A stretch of 63,948 nt of DNA, filler included, from Octopus bimaculoides (lineage: Eukaryota), in NCBI RefSeq assembly GCF_001194135.2. It is 5 parts of 5 records of this genome, joined end to end, with 100 filler letters (N's around TTAATTAATTAA, not from the genome) between each part and the next. Parts side by side here need not be neighbours in the genome. Positions count along the whole stretch, not along the records: positions 31,753 to 57,780 come from NC_068984.1; 4 more parts are not named here. The stretch is one strand, 5' to 3'. Shown piece by piece: positions 38,594 to 51,135 of this stretch. Position numbers and translations under genes: made by a program. Each line of letters starts with the position of its first letter. Position 1 is the first letter of the stretch. The notes under the pieces are model-generated. The model was not told where the DNA came from, ran no database searches, and saw nothing but the letters and a program-made list of their open reading frames with translations.

Positions 38594-39896
38594 GTAAGAT
38601 ATTTCTACTTCGTTTATATATATTTCAGCATTTACGCAGTTTGATCTTCAGTCATTTTTATAATTTATTCCCTGGTCCTTTCACATTCAACTAAGAAACC
38701 AATACTCTCTCTCAAACTGACACACATTCACACACATATATATATAGACATATCTATTAGAAATTCGGAATACACACACACACACACATAAATGTACATA
38801 TGTAAATGGAATTAATTGCATGCAATTATATTTTGATTAGCATTGAATGTTGTTATTTTGAAAACAGTATTTCGTTTTCGTTTGGAGGGAAATGATAGAT
38901 TACAACCCTTTTAATAAAATAATGAATGAAAGAAAGTGATAGTTATTGTTTAATGGTGGCTTAAGGTAAAATCGTAGTAAATAATCCACCTGATTGTAGG
39001 GTGCATATATTTTGTTCACACTAATGTATATATAAATATATCCGACAACTGAATGTTCTTGGTGATTTTCTCAATAATATACCTACCTCAGTTGCCCAAT
39101 TATATATCTATATATATATATGTATATACGCACATACGGACGATGTCTACGTATACATACATATAAATAGTCTGTTGTTGGTGGTTTTGTACATTTCACT
39201 ACCCGTATTGTCTAGGTGAAATTATACATTGTAACAACGTCCTTTACTGGTATCACGATATACATATATAAGAAAAAATATCATTCTCTATTCTTTATCA
39301 AATGCGGAAACTTGGAGGAGGAAAAAAATATCAATTGCAGAAATGGAAATCCTAGGCATCAAATTCGATAGCAGTAGTCTTTTCTTTTAGTATAATTTCC
39401 TTCATTTTATTTTAGAGTGGTTGTATCGATTACAAATGTTGTTTCTTACAGTGAAATAGTTTTTTTTTTCCTCCATCTATGTTACTTCGGAATAATTCCA
39501 GCTTTTTTCCTCTCCAAATTAGTTTACTCTAAACATCTTTACAGCTTGCTATGGATAAATTAAAACAAATTACGAATCTTGCCCAAAATATATATTTATA
39601 TGATTGAATGCAATTATCCTGGCACACGCGTATGTTTGCTTGTATTTCTTTATCTATCTATCTCTATCTATCCATCCACGCATATGTATATATACACACA
39701 TACACACAGCACTTACACAGTTAAAATATTTTCACACGAATAACAACAATGAACATTCACTGCATAAAAGACTCAGTTCATGTGTAGGTTCTTATATTAT
39801 AATTTTATTGACAGTGACTTCGAAGTTTCATCGGATCTTATTTAAACTGTGAAACGGGAAGGCGAGCGACAAATTTTAAGTATCTATCTTATGCAG

Positions 39897-39966
39897 TGAG
39901 GAAGAAATTTGTTCAAAAGGGAGGGTCTAGTTGCGAGAATGAAAATGGCAATAATGATGGACAGTG
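39897..39966 (+). CDS. Candidate exon containing a start (ATG 39938: MKMAIMMDS-)
   Basis: tatctatcttatgcag| and G|gtcagt; phase-1 end compatible with exon 46794. Confidence 0.3.
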
Positions 39967-40859
39967 GTCAGTATTTAATCTGGGGATGGAAGTTTGTCTT
40001 GTGTAGATGTGTTAGGGGATTCAATTAACGTTAAAAAAGAGATAGTATAGTTACTAATCTGTCACCAAACCAATAAATATCTTCAAACCATTCCAATCAT
40101 CAAACCTATTGAATTTTGGTATCCAAAAGAAAATCTCTCCTCTTCTATAATTAATGCCCCATCATCATCGTTTTAACGTTCACTTTTCCATGTTTGCATA
40201 AGTGTGACAATTCATTGAGGCGGATTTTCTGTGGCTGGATGCCCTTTCTGTTGCCAACCCTCATCTGTTTCCAAGTAAGTTAATATTTCCCCATTGCAGA
40301 CCTGTTTTCTTGGAAGATATGAAACAAAGGACACCACTTGTATAACGGTGGCGCTCGTTTACAGCTACCTACTGACACAAATACACACACACAACTGGCT
40401 TGTTTCACTTTATATCTATCAAATCTGCACACAATGGTTGGACTGAGCCCCAAATTATGTAGTTGGGAAGCAAATTTTTTAACCACAGAGCCCTGCCTGC
40501 TCCACCTGGATATTAAAAATAAAATAAAATAAAAAACACTAAACCCTTTAATGTGAGCTAAGGATTCTATGTAAGTTTGCTACATTGGTGGACTCTGTGC
40601 TCTTAACCCTAATCATTTGTATAACCCACAGATTTTCTACTGCTGTTGAGGAAAAAGATTATTAAATTTGTTGGCGTTACTTTTAAATGAATTACTCTTC
40701 ATAAATGCAGTCCTCTGACTTAATAGATCCTGATGAACTATCCAACCCATGCTTTAATAGAAGACAGATGTTAAATGATGATACAATGATGGCATCATCT
40801 GCCCCCCCCCCCAAAAAAAAAAACAACAACAAAAAACTACAGTATATCCACAAGCCTAC

Positions 40860-41062
40860 CAATCTCCCTCAAAACATTAATTAACCCACAGTAAAATACT
40901 GTGGAAATCAAAATTTCTTTGTCCTTAACTGTAGAAAGCTGTTCAATATATGATTCTGTCTTTTGTTGAAGAGTGTCATATTTGAAATTGTTTTTGTTGA
41001 GATATGTCAAGTTTATTAAAACAATGTGACTTGCAGAAAATGCCAGTTCTATTTTTTGGTAG
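40860..41062 (-). CDS. Candidate internal exon (YQKIELAFSASHIVLINLTYLNKNNFKYDTLQQKTESYIEQLSTVKDKEILISTVFYCGLINVLREI)
   Basis: ttgttaaacag| and G|gtaggc bound a 67-codon open frame. Confidence 0.45.
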
Positions 41063-41549
41063 CTGTTTAACAAACATTATTACTGGAATAACAATGAAAT
41101 CTAATTTTGAAGTTAAAGAGTTAATAATCTACTCAAGATCATTTGATCAAGGCCATCCTCATTATCTTTAATTAAACTAGGATTTAATGAAACTTCTCTG
41201 CAATGCAACAGAAGCTCAGTGGAGAAGTGGTTTTAGTGATGGAACAATACATATCCCTGGTACACCTTAACATTTTAATACTACTTGACCCTTTAACAAG
41301 GGAGTAGCATATATCCCAATTATGTATACGAGAGGATAGATCTGGTCAGTTTTAACATAAAACAATATTTGGGCCATATATGGCTGGTTTAATGGCTAAA
41401 GGTTAAAAAAATTGTTCCACAAAATGACATCAGTTTTCTTTTAGTATCTATTACCAAATGTTTGGGAAATGATAGCCCTTGACTTACTTTTTTATTTCCC
41501 TTCTTTTTGTTTTTGGAATGGAATGTGGTTTACAGTAAAATTTCAGTCC

Positions 41550-43436
41550 TTTGTAGAGTTCATTCATCCAGTTGAAAGGGAAATTGGGCACCTCTCAAGA
41601 AATTGTGTCATGGCTCAAAGGAATTTTATTTTGATTTGTATAACTTAATAACAATTTATTGAATCTCTCTAACAGCTGGTAACATCAGTTCTTCACTAAT
41701 ACAATATGTTTCTTCTGGATTTAGCAATCATCATCATCACCATCTTTTTAATGTTTACTTTTCCATGCTTGCATAGGTTGGACAGAATTTATTGAGGCAG
41801 ATTTTCTATGGCTGGATGCCTTTTCTGTTGCCAACCCCCACCCCATTTCTAAAGGGAGATAACATTTTACCACGGCCTAACATGTTCTGGCAGAATATTG
41901 GAAATAAATATTGGACACCATTTGTATAATAGTGACAATTATTTACAACTATCATGCAATGTTAAGACAAGGAAACACAAACATACATACACATATCCAT
42001 ACACACACAAACTTGCACGCTCTCACACACACACACATATTATCATCATCATCATCATCATCATTTAACATTCGTTTTCTATGCTGGCATGGGTTGGACA
42101 GTTTGACTGGAGCCGGTAAGGCCTGGGGCTGCACCAGGCTCCATTGTGTGTTCTGACATGGTTTCTATGGCTGGATGCCCTTCCTAATGCCAACCACTCC
42201 CAGAATGTCCTGGATGCTTTTTATGTGACACCAGCACCAGTACTCTTAATGTGATTCCAGCACAAGTGTTTTTTTTTATGACACCAGCACCGGTATCAAT
42301 TCTGTTGTGGTGGATGGGTCTTCTTGAGTACAGCAAGGTATCAGATATCTTGGTATATGTGTATGTGTATATATATAATATATATATATATATATCATTA
42401 TCATCATCATCGTTTAACATGCGTTTTCCATGCTGGCATGGGTTGGACGGTTTGACTGGAGACTGGCAAGCCAGGAGGCTGCACAGGGCTCCACTCTGAT
42501 GTTTCTACAGCTGGATGCCCTTTCTAACGCCAACCACTCCTAGAGTGTAGTGGGTGCTTTTTGCATGCCACCAGCACAGGAGCCAGTCAGGTGGCACTGG
42601 CATCAGCCATGTTTGGATGGTACTTTTTACATGCCACCGGCATGGAGAGCCAGTTAGGTGGCTCTGGTAGCGACCCACACATGAATAAATGGTGCTTATC
42701 GTGTGCCACCAGCACTGGTAATGGTTACAACTACAATTTCCATTCAATTGTGATTTGATTTGATTTTGATTTACTTAACTCAATAGGTCTCCTCAAGCAT
42801 GGAATGTTGTCCGGTGATTCAAAGGTACTTTTTAAATGGGCTGGTTATGCAACACTGATGTAGGCTATGGCTGTGATCTCACTTTCCTTGCTGGGTCTTC
42901 TTAATCACAAGATCTCTCTCTCTCCCCTCTCTCTCTCTCTCTCCCCTCNNNNNNNNNNNNNNNNNNNNNNNNNNNNNNNNNNNNNNNNNNNNNNNNNNNN
43001 NNNNNNNNNNNNNNNNNNNNNNNNNNNNNNNNNNNNNNNNNNNNNNNNNNNNNNNNNNNNNNNNNNNNNNNNNNNNNNNNNNNNNNNNNNNNNNNNNNNN
43101 NNNNNNNNNNNNNNNNNNNNNNNNNNNNNNNNNNNNNNNNNNNNNNNNNNNNNNNNNNNNNNNNNNNNNNNNNNNNNNNNNNNNNNNNNNNNNNNNNNNN
43201 NNNNNNNNNNNNNNNNNNNNNNNNNNNNNNNNNNNNNNACCATGCTACACGTGCCAAGTTGTATCAGTTTTTTGCCTTTCCCTTGAACAACATCTGTGGC
43301 ATGGAGAAGGGAGACTGGTATGCATGGATAACTGCTGGTCTTCAACAAACCACCTTACCTGGACTTGTGCTTCAAAGGGGAACTTTCTAGGTGCAATCCC
43401 AAGGTCATTTATGACTGAAGGGGGTCTTTACCCTTT

Positions 43437-43474
<38 letters not shown>

Positions 43475-43900
43475 CAAGCTTCTTTCAGTTTCCAGCTACC
43501 AAATCCATTCAAAACATTTTGGTTGGCTCAAGGCTATAGTAGAAGACATTCGCCCAAGGTGCCATGCAGTTGGACTGAATCCAGAACCATGTGGCTACAA
43601 AACACAAACTTTTTAATTACACAGTCATACCAGCATCTCTAGTGATCAGTAATACGATTTTGTAAGAGGTGCGTGGCATGTTTTCTTGCATTAATGCAAC
43701 TCTAAACATACTTGACAACATTGTTGCAAAACTAGTATCAAATTGCTTTGAAATAGATAAGTCTTTAGTTTGTCAGTTAGAGTTTTTGAAGTGCTTTTCT
43801 AACCTTGAAGGCTTCATAGGTTCAGTGGAAATAGTCCTTGGCAAATCAGGTACATTAACGATGGAATGTTTGTTGGAGACAGAGTTATTTTTCTACTGTT
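41550..43900 (-). mobile_element. hAT (Charlie/ZBED5-like) transposase remnant split by a 1.9-kb SINE/RTE stack
   Basis: 43900-43630: LIC../TISTEPMKPSRLEKHFK..RTSYKIVLLI; 41727-41550: IAKS..ISEELMLPAVREI..KIPLSHDTI..FQLDE; matches N-terminal BED region of Charlie-type transposases. Confidence 0.75.
41728..43628. mobile_element. Stacked family C / RTE 3' ends, SINE F and SINE A copies
   Basis: C(-) ~41728-41950, ~42045-42300, ~42396-42900 (the last extends into RTE ORF end), F(+) ~43240-43435, A(-) ~43440-43628. Confidence 0.8.
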
Positions 43901-44479
43901 AGTTAGTGGTGGAAGGTAGCAGCCATAGCTATCTAATTCTGATTGAGAATAACATTCTCCTTTGCCCATACTAGCCTTGGAGGCTTTGATAAATTAAAAA
44001 GTTATGCGTGCTGCATTTCCCTCCCTAACAGTAAATATATATATGTTGGATATGTGTGTATATATATATCAGGGGATCCAGGATTTTTTTTGGGTTGTTG
44101 CCCAAAAGTTTCGCAAAAATACTCTATAAGGTGGGAATCACAATTTGTAACAAATGGACCCCTAGACTGAACATGTTTTAAAGATGATTAAAAACAAATG
44201 ACACTACTTATAAGATGGTGATGGTTATTTGCATGTAGGAAACAATGTCAAGAGAAAGACACATTCATATACAATATACAGTGGCAGATGCAGGGGTGTT
44301 ACCCTTGTTGCCCAGCAACACCCTTTCTAGCTGAGCCAACACCAAACAAAATTGGGACCAAGTGTTATTTTCAGCAGTTTCATAGCATTATTGTTTCATA
44401 TGCATATGGTCTATGCAGTCTAGGGGAAAATAATTCTTTGCCTAGAAACGAGTGAGTCTGGTGACAGGATGTGTGTCTA

Positions 44480-44561
44480 GTTGTAGAGAAACTTCTTCAA
44501 TGAATTTCATCCAGCACATGCAAGCAGGAATGATTTGATATTTAAATGATGATGATGTGTG

Positions 44562-44595
<34 letters not shown>

Positions 44596-44741
44596 GGCAT
44601 GGCTGTGTGGTTAAGAAGTTCACTGCCTAACCATGAGGTTTTGGGTTGTCTCCCTGCTTGGTACTTTGGGCAAGAGTCTTCTGCAGCTAGGCCAACCAAA
44701 GTCTTGTGAATAGATTCAATTGAATGAAACTGAAAAAAGCT

Positions 44742-44795
<54 letters not shown>

Positions 44796-44965
44796 GTGTG
44801 TGTATGTACATGGGTGCATGTGTTTGTATTTCTTTATCTTGAAATCATATGATAGTTGTAAATGAGCATCACCATCATATAAGCAGTGTCCTTCAAATTC
44901 AATCTCACATGCAAACATGTCTGGCCATAGAAAATGCTTCAATGAATTCTGTTTGACCCATAGAA
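44480..44965. mobile_element. SINE A(+) and family C fragments
   Basis: aggcatggctgtgtggttaagaag head at ~44596; ctggccatagaaaatg..tttgaccca at ~44920-44962. Confidence 0.7.
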
Positions 44966-45329
44966 ACACAGCAAACCTAGCTTTACACACACATACATGT
45001 ATGTGTTGTGTATCAGTAGATACATGGCCGTACATACATATGTGGGTGTGTATAAACATGTATATGTATATATGTATGTGTATATGACAGAAGTTAGTTC
45101 CTGTCCAATAAGACCCATTCTTGTAAAGTTATAAATTTATTGAATGTTGCTGGCCAATTTCAAAATTAGGCAAACTTTGTTTAAGCCACGTTTTCTAGCT
45201 CCTTCTTGAACAGTGATATTCCTGAAAAGAGCTCAGTCACTTGGGGTGCTGTTGATTGACTGATTGACCCCTAGCTGGCAACTGGAGGGGGAGACTATCC
45301 TCTCAACCAATATGCTACTGTGGGTGCCA

Positions 45330-45700
45330 CTGGAAGATGGACTCTGGTGATAATGTTATTCCATGCTTTCCAATCCATGGCACTGGCCTTAGCATGCTTG
45401 ATTTCAGGTCTTCCTCAATTTGTTTTGCCCATGTCTTCTTTAGTGCACTGCACTGGATTCTCCAGTGTGTAGGTCACTGCCACAATAAAATTTGGTGCGG
45501 CAGTCTTCCACTGCTCATCCTGTAGACATGGCCAAACCACTGTAGCCTGCGCTGTTGGACTTGATCTTCAGTGGTTAGCTGTTGCTGGCATTGTTCTTGG
45601 ATGTTGTTGTTTGAGATTTGGTTGCATAGAGAGACACCAAGAATCTGATGAAGGCACCACATTTGGAACACCTTGAGCTTGCTCATGTCTTGTTTGAGGA
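45330..45700 (-). mobile_element. RTE-type LINE 3' ORF remnant
   Basis: KLKVFQMWCLHQILGVS..ISNNNI..QRRLQWFGHVYRMSSGRLPHQILLWQ. Confidence 0.85.
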
Positions 45701-46387
45701 TGGTTTAGAAAAGAAGTGACCTATATCCCAAGCTTCTTATGTGCAGGTTTCTGATTACATACTTTTAGCTGATTAAGCCTGTATGTTCCTCTACAACTCA
45801 TCACCACAGGACTTTTTCTCGAGTTCCTAAATCAAAATTTTAAACAATACTAAATAAAAATAAAAGTGAAGCACTTGAGCAAAAGATCAGTAAATTGCTC
45901 ACTAAATTACTCTCTGAGATTTCCTTCTCAAACTGATAATCAAGATATGGCTTTAGATCTAAGTAATCTTGCACTGAATCATTTAGATTTAGATTTTTTT
46001 AATGTCGGTTTTGGTTGGATACCCTTCCTAACATCAACCACATGGTGCAGCCACTAGCGAGGTTACCATGCAACTTCCAAGACTAAGACCCCCCCTTCAA
46101 CTAAATGGGGCAACAGATGAGTGAGAGATGGCTTTATGCTAGGACAGGACTATAACTTGATTTGTGTTGAAAATGATACAGTTATGAAGATGTCTGTTTT
46201 TGCTTTATTTTCATATAAAAAATTGATAGGGTAGGTCAGATAATTATTATAAAATATAAAAGTGAAAATTTTATTAATTTTCACTTAGAAAAGAACATAT
46301 TTTCTTCAAGATTTTTATACTATGATGAGATGGTGAAAAGATGCCAAGTCAATAAAAAGGGTACTATGACACAGCTCATATAGGATT

Positions 46388-46735
46388 GTTGTTGTTGGGT
46401 TCTAGTTGATTCTAGTTGATCCGATCAATGGAACAGCCTGCTCATGAAATTAACATACAAGTGGTTGAGCACTCCACAGACACGTGTACCCTACTTGGGG
46501 ATATTCAGCGTGACACAGTGTGACAAGGCTGGCCCTTTGAATTACAGGTACAACAGAAACAGGAAGAAAGACTGAGAGAAAGTTGTGGTGAAAGAGTACA
46601 GCCGGGTTCGCCACCATCCCCTGCCGGAGCCTCGTGGAGCTTTAGGTGTTTTCGCTCAATAAACACTCACAATGCCCGGTCTGAGAATCGAAACCGCGAG
46701 TCCGCTGCCCTAACCACTGGGCCATTGCGCCTCCA
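46388..46735 (-). mobile_element. Full-length SINE family D with 13-bp TSD
   Basis: TSD ctcatataggatt at 46375-46387 and 46736-46748; (AAC)n tail. Confidence 0.92.
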
Positions 46736-46793
46736 CTCATATAGGATTAACACATAGTGATTCTACTTGTCAAACTGATGTGTATCTGCACAG

Positions 46794-46878
46794 TGTGTGC
46801 TGAAATGGAATACGAATCCAAGGTTTCAAATATCGAGTTTGAGCCAGAATTTCAAGAAATGGATGAACTAATTACTAA
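46794..46878 (+). CDS. Candidate internal exon (xCAEMEYESKVSNIEFEPEFQEMDELITx)
   Basis: tgtatctgcacag| and AA|gtaaac; only one open frame; phase 1 to phase 2. Confidence 0.55.
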
Positions 46879-47266
46879 GTAAACATGTTTCTATGAAAAA
46901 TGCACCAAATTGAGCTACATAAGTCTTTTAGGGCCCAAAATTAGCATGGAGTTGTCATATTGAGATTGTTGTTTATTGTTTTTTCCTTCTCGCTGTTTTA
47001 ACGTGTGGAGAGTAACGTCTGAATTTTACCTAGCAGATATTCTTGTATATGTAAATTTAATTTTTCTTTGAGAAATATTGGTCAAATTTCACCAATAGAA
47101 ATTATATTGTGCAATGAATATTATTTTGTAGATTATTAAAGTCTGATGTAATTTTTATTTTTTTCCGATTTTAAGTACTGTCGTATAATTTGCGGTAATG
47201 TTTACATACTCAAGAGTAGTGCTAATTTGTTTTGGTTCTCCCTCCCTCCCTCCCTCTCTCTCCTAG

Positions 47267-47279
47267 TAATGAGTTTGCT
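47267..47279 (+). CDS. Candidate 13-nt microexon (xNEFA)
   Basis: Long pyrimidine tract ctccctccctccctctctctcctag| and |gtaagt; phase-2 start fits exon 46794-46878, giving DELITNNEFA. Confidence 0.5.
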
Positions 47280-48104
47280 GTAAGTTACAGATATTTTTAA
47301 TGCCTCCAATTAATGTTTTTAAAGGAATTAGTTTTCACATTTTGTTTGTTATTTTAATCTAGATTTACATGCATTTTCTGAGAATGGTACCTCGTAATCG
47401 TNNNNNNNNNNNNNNNNNNNNNNNNNNNNNNNNNNNNNNNNNNNNNNNNNNNNNNNNNNNNNNNNNNNNNNNNNNNNNNNNNNNNNNNNNNNNNNNNNNN
47501 NNNNNNNNNNNNNNNNNNNNNNNNNNNNNNNNNNNNNNNNNNNNNNNNNNNNNNNNNNNNNNNNNNNNNNNNNNNNNNNNNNNNNNNNNNNNNNNNNNNN
47601 NNNNNNNNNNNNNNNNNNNNNNNNNNNNNNNNNNNNNNNNNNNNNNNNNNNNNNNNNNNNNNNNNNNNNNNNNNNNNNNNNNNNNNNNNNNNNNNNNNNN
47701 NNNNNNNNNNNNNNNNNNNNNNNNNNNNNNNNNNNNNNNNNNNNNNNNNNNNNNNNNNNNNNNNNNNNNNNNNNNNNNNNNNNNNNNNNNNNNNNNNNNN
47801 NNNNNNNNNNNNNNNNNNNNNNNNNNNNNNNNNNNNNNNNNNNNNNNNNNNNNNNNNNNNNNNNNNNNNNNNNNNNNNNNNNNNNNNNNNNNNNNNNNNN
47901 NNNNNNNNNNNNNNNNNNNNNNNNNNNNNNNNNNNNNNNNNNNNNNNNNNNNNNNNNNNNNNNNNNNNNNNNNNNNNNNNNNNNNNNNNNNNNNNNNNNN
48001 NNNNNNNNNNNNNNNNNNNNNNNNNNNNNNNNNNNNNNNNNNNNNNNNNNNNNNNNNNNNNNNNNNNNNNNNNNNNNNNNNNNNNNNNNNNNNNNNNNNN
48101 NNNN

Positions 48105-48139
<35 letters not shown>

Positions 48140-48157
<18 letters not shown>

Positions 48158-48350
48158 TTGTGTGTCTGTTTGTTCCCCAATATCGCTTGACAACTGATGC
48201 TGGTGTGTTTATGTCCCCGTAGCTTAGGGGTTCGGCAGAAGGGACCAATAGAATAGGTACTAGGCTTACAAAGAATAAGTCCTGCTGTCGATTTACTCGA
48301 CTAAAGGCGGTGCTCCAGCATGGCCACAGTCAAAGAGAGTAAAAGAGTAT
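48140..48350 (+). mobile_element. SINE family A, 3' half
   Basis: tatcgcttgacaactgatgctggtgtg..ggcggtgctccagcatggccacagtc. Confidence 0.85.
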
Positions 48351-48597
48351 AAAATCTGTTTGTTACATGCAACAACAGAGAGGATTTATATGAATATTTA
48401 AATAATTGCACATCTCCCCAGTTTCATTTTCAAGAACCTGAAAAATAATAGGCAACTACTATACCACGGACATTATTAATTTGCATAATTTGAAGCTGAT
48501 TATCACCTCAGTTTCAAAGATGACATTACAAATATGGCTAATTATTCATTTAGGCCAATTAGGCAATATTTCAGCCAATTCACTGACTATTCAAATT

Positions 48598-48945
48598 ATC
48601 ATCATCATCATCGTTTAACGTCCGCTTTCCATGCTAGCATGGGTTGGACGATTTGACTGAGGACTGGTGAACCAGATGGCTACACGAGGCTCCAATCTGA
48701 TTTGGCAGAGTTTCTACGGCTGAATGCCCTTCCTAACGCCAACCACTCCGAGAGTGTAGTGGGTGCTTTTACGTGCCACCGGCATGAAGGCCAGTCAGGC
48801 AGTACTGGCAACGGCCACGCTCAAAATAGTGTATTTTACATGCCATCTGCACAGGAGCCAGTTCAGCGGCACAGGCAACGATCTCGCTCGAATGTCTTCA
48901 CATGTGCCAGGAAGGCGACGCTGGGCACAGGTGCCACCGAAGCTT
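48598..48945 (-). mobile_element. Family C / RTE 3'UTR copy
   Basis: Near-identical to 499-633, plus ~50-bp internal repeat units. Confidence 0.85.
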
Positions 48946-49499
48946 CCATCTCCTTTTGGTTGATGAAGCATCGTGAACACAGAAAGTGAGCTAAAGCTTA
49001 GAACAATCTGAGAGAGGTATTTTTTCCCACTATCCTAATGTGCATAAGCAGTGGTCAAGCAAAGTCCAGCTTCTGGAACTTATTCCTAAAATATTTACCC
49101 AAATTTCACAAATGGGGTATCAAAATGTTTCTTTTTGGATGCTCTTTAAGAAGTGCAGTACAAGTTAGATTTAAATATTTTGAAAGATTCATAGTGATAC
49201 CTATTCCAAGTAAGATTGTATTCCCCTTTGGACAGATAAATTTACGCAGAAGACTGGAAATGAATGACACTGCTTTTCTGGAGGGTATCACTTGCTCACA
49301 ATTATCATGCAACATCAAGACAAGAAGAGAGAGAGAGAGAGAAAGAGAAAGAAAGAAAGATATACAACCCCCCCCCCCCATATTTGATGAGCTTTCAGTT
49401 TCTGTCTACCAAATCTACTTGCAAGGATTTGGTTGGCCCAGGATTATTGTAGAAGACACTTTTTTGCCTGAGCCAAGATGCAGTGGAACTGAACCTACT

Positions 49500-50175
49500 C
49501 CAAATCAACCTCAGGATCCTAACTACTCAAATATGTGGAGCACACTCAGGCAGTTCTTATATGTCATGCAAGGTATTTCACTTGGTCATAGGGCTGGACC
49601 ATCCTTGCCTTCTTGGCCACCTGCTGGACTTCCTTTGGGATCCATACTCCTTCTGTATACCTCCACAGCTGTGCTGCCTTGCCTCTTCTTTAAATCAACC
49701 GTAGGATCCTAATTACCAAATATGTGGAGCAAACTTGAGCAGTTCTTATATGCCATGTAAGATATTTCACTTGGTCCTGGGGCTGAACCAGTTCTTGCCT
49801 TCTTGACCACCTGCTGAGTCTCTTTCTAGCTGAACTCCTTTCCATCAAATCCCCTAGCTGGTGCAGATGGACAAATAAAGGACTTGGAGTGTCTATAGTC
49901 AGAATCCATGGAATCATCACTGCAGGTGACTCTGAGCTGAGTGTTGACCTTAACTTTTGGAGAAGATAAATTGACCACTGTGCTTCCCAGCAGCTGTTTC
50001 ATAAATCCATGCGCAGTTGCTTGCAAGGCAGCTCACTTCCTGTCTCTCTCTTTCTGCCATCTTCTATGCTACTTAACCTTCCTCAATGCTCTGCTAGTCT
50101 ATGATGAGTCTTCTCTCCTCCTCCTTTGCTTCTTTATATTGTAGCCTCAAGCTGTGAAGTTCTTATCTCAGTTGA
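49500..50175 (-). mobile_element. HERO/NeSL-like (R2-group) non-LTR remnant with a ~120-bp internal duplication
   Basis: GFMKQLLG..VNTQLRVTCSD..GFDGKEFS*KETQQVVKKARTGSAPGPSEISYMAYKNC matches the pre-RT region (VVKKAR..SAPGP.G.PY.VYK.C); 49505-49622 is repeated at 49695-49817. Confidence 0.65.
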
Positions 50176-50519
50176 TGGATTTTATTGTTTCTGTTACTCT
50201 TAACAGAATGGTTTCACTGTTTCCTTCTCTTCTACTTCTAACCTCTCACCCTCTAGACTGATGATAATGGTTGTCTTTGTTTGGAAGCAATGATTGGCAT
50301 TACCCTTGACCTGTCCAATTGGGATTCTTATTATGTCCTCACCATTACACACATTCTTACACACACACACGCACACATTCACACACACATTGTCATGTGT
50401 CTTATGCATCATGTCAAGTGCACTTGGATTCCTTAACCAGTCTTTTCCACACTTCCCTATTCTCCATCATCTTTTCACCTTTCTTAATGTTTTGGTGTAC
50501 ATTCCACTTAGTCTGCTTT

Positions 50520-51135
50520 TTATTACTTTTGTAAGTGTCCAGTATTCAAATCTATACACCCATATGCTTTCTCTTGCCGCTCTAGAGAATTGTATTTCCA
50601 GGTCATTAGATAGATTTGACTCCCATATTGCAAGACATCTTGTTCATTGCTAAAAATTTCAATTCAGTTCTTACTTTATCACCTCTCTGAGCTTTCTAGT
50701 CATGATCCCAGTTTTCTATGTCATTTACACATTCCAAATTTGCATCCTTTGATAATATAATGTGTTTTTTTAGTTGATTGGAAACCGTAAGCTCAGTCTT
50801 ATTGTTATTGATGTGTAGTTCTATCTATTTTGAAACTTCCTCAACCTGTTGTAGTTGAGATTCTTTAATAGTGTCAGAACTAAGAACTATATCATCTGTA
50901 TAAATCGTATCAGTAATAATAGCTGCAAAAATGATGTCTGCTCTCTTTTTTTTTTTTCCGAGGTATTATTCAGAAATTCATTTTCTTTCTGCATTTGATG
51001 TTGGATTTCATAATGAGAAGTCTAAGGGAAGGTGCAAGAGTGTCACCTTGTAGTACTCCTGCTAGGATCTGAAAGAAATCTGAGTGATAGGATTATTGTA
51101 GAGACTGTTGATGAATCATGTTATAATGTCTGTTT
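50520..51135 (-). mobile_element. Decayed RTE-X-like LINE RT remnant
   Basis: FFQILAGVLQGDTLAP, ITDTIYTDDIVLSSDTIKE..QVEEVSK*IELHINNNKTE. Confidence 0.7.

Noticed and set aside
49038-49712. 224-aa plus-strand ORF
   Set aside because: A patchwork of unique sequence, (GA)n, SINE A and the antisense of a LINE remnant; no coherent protein.
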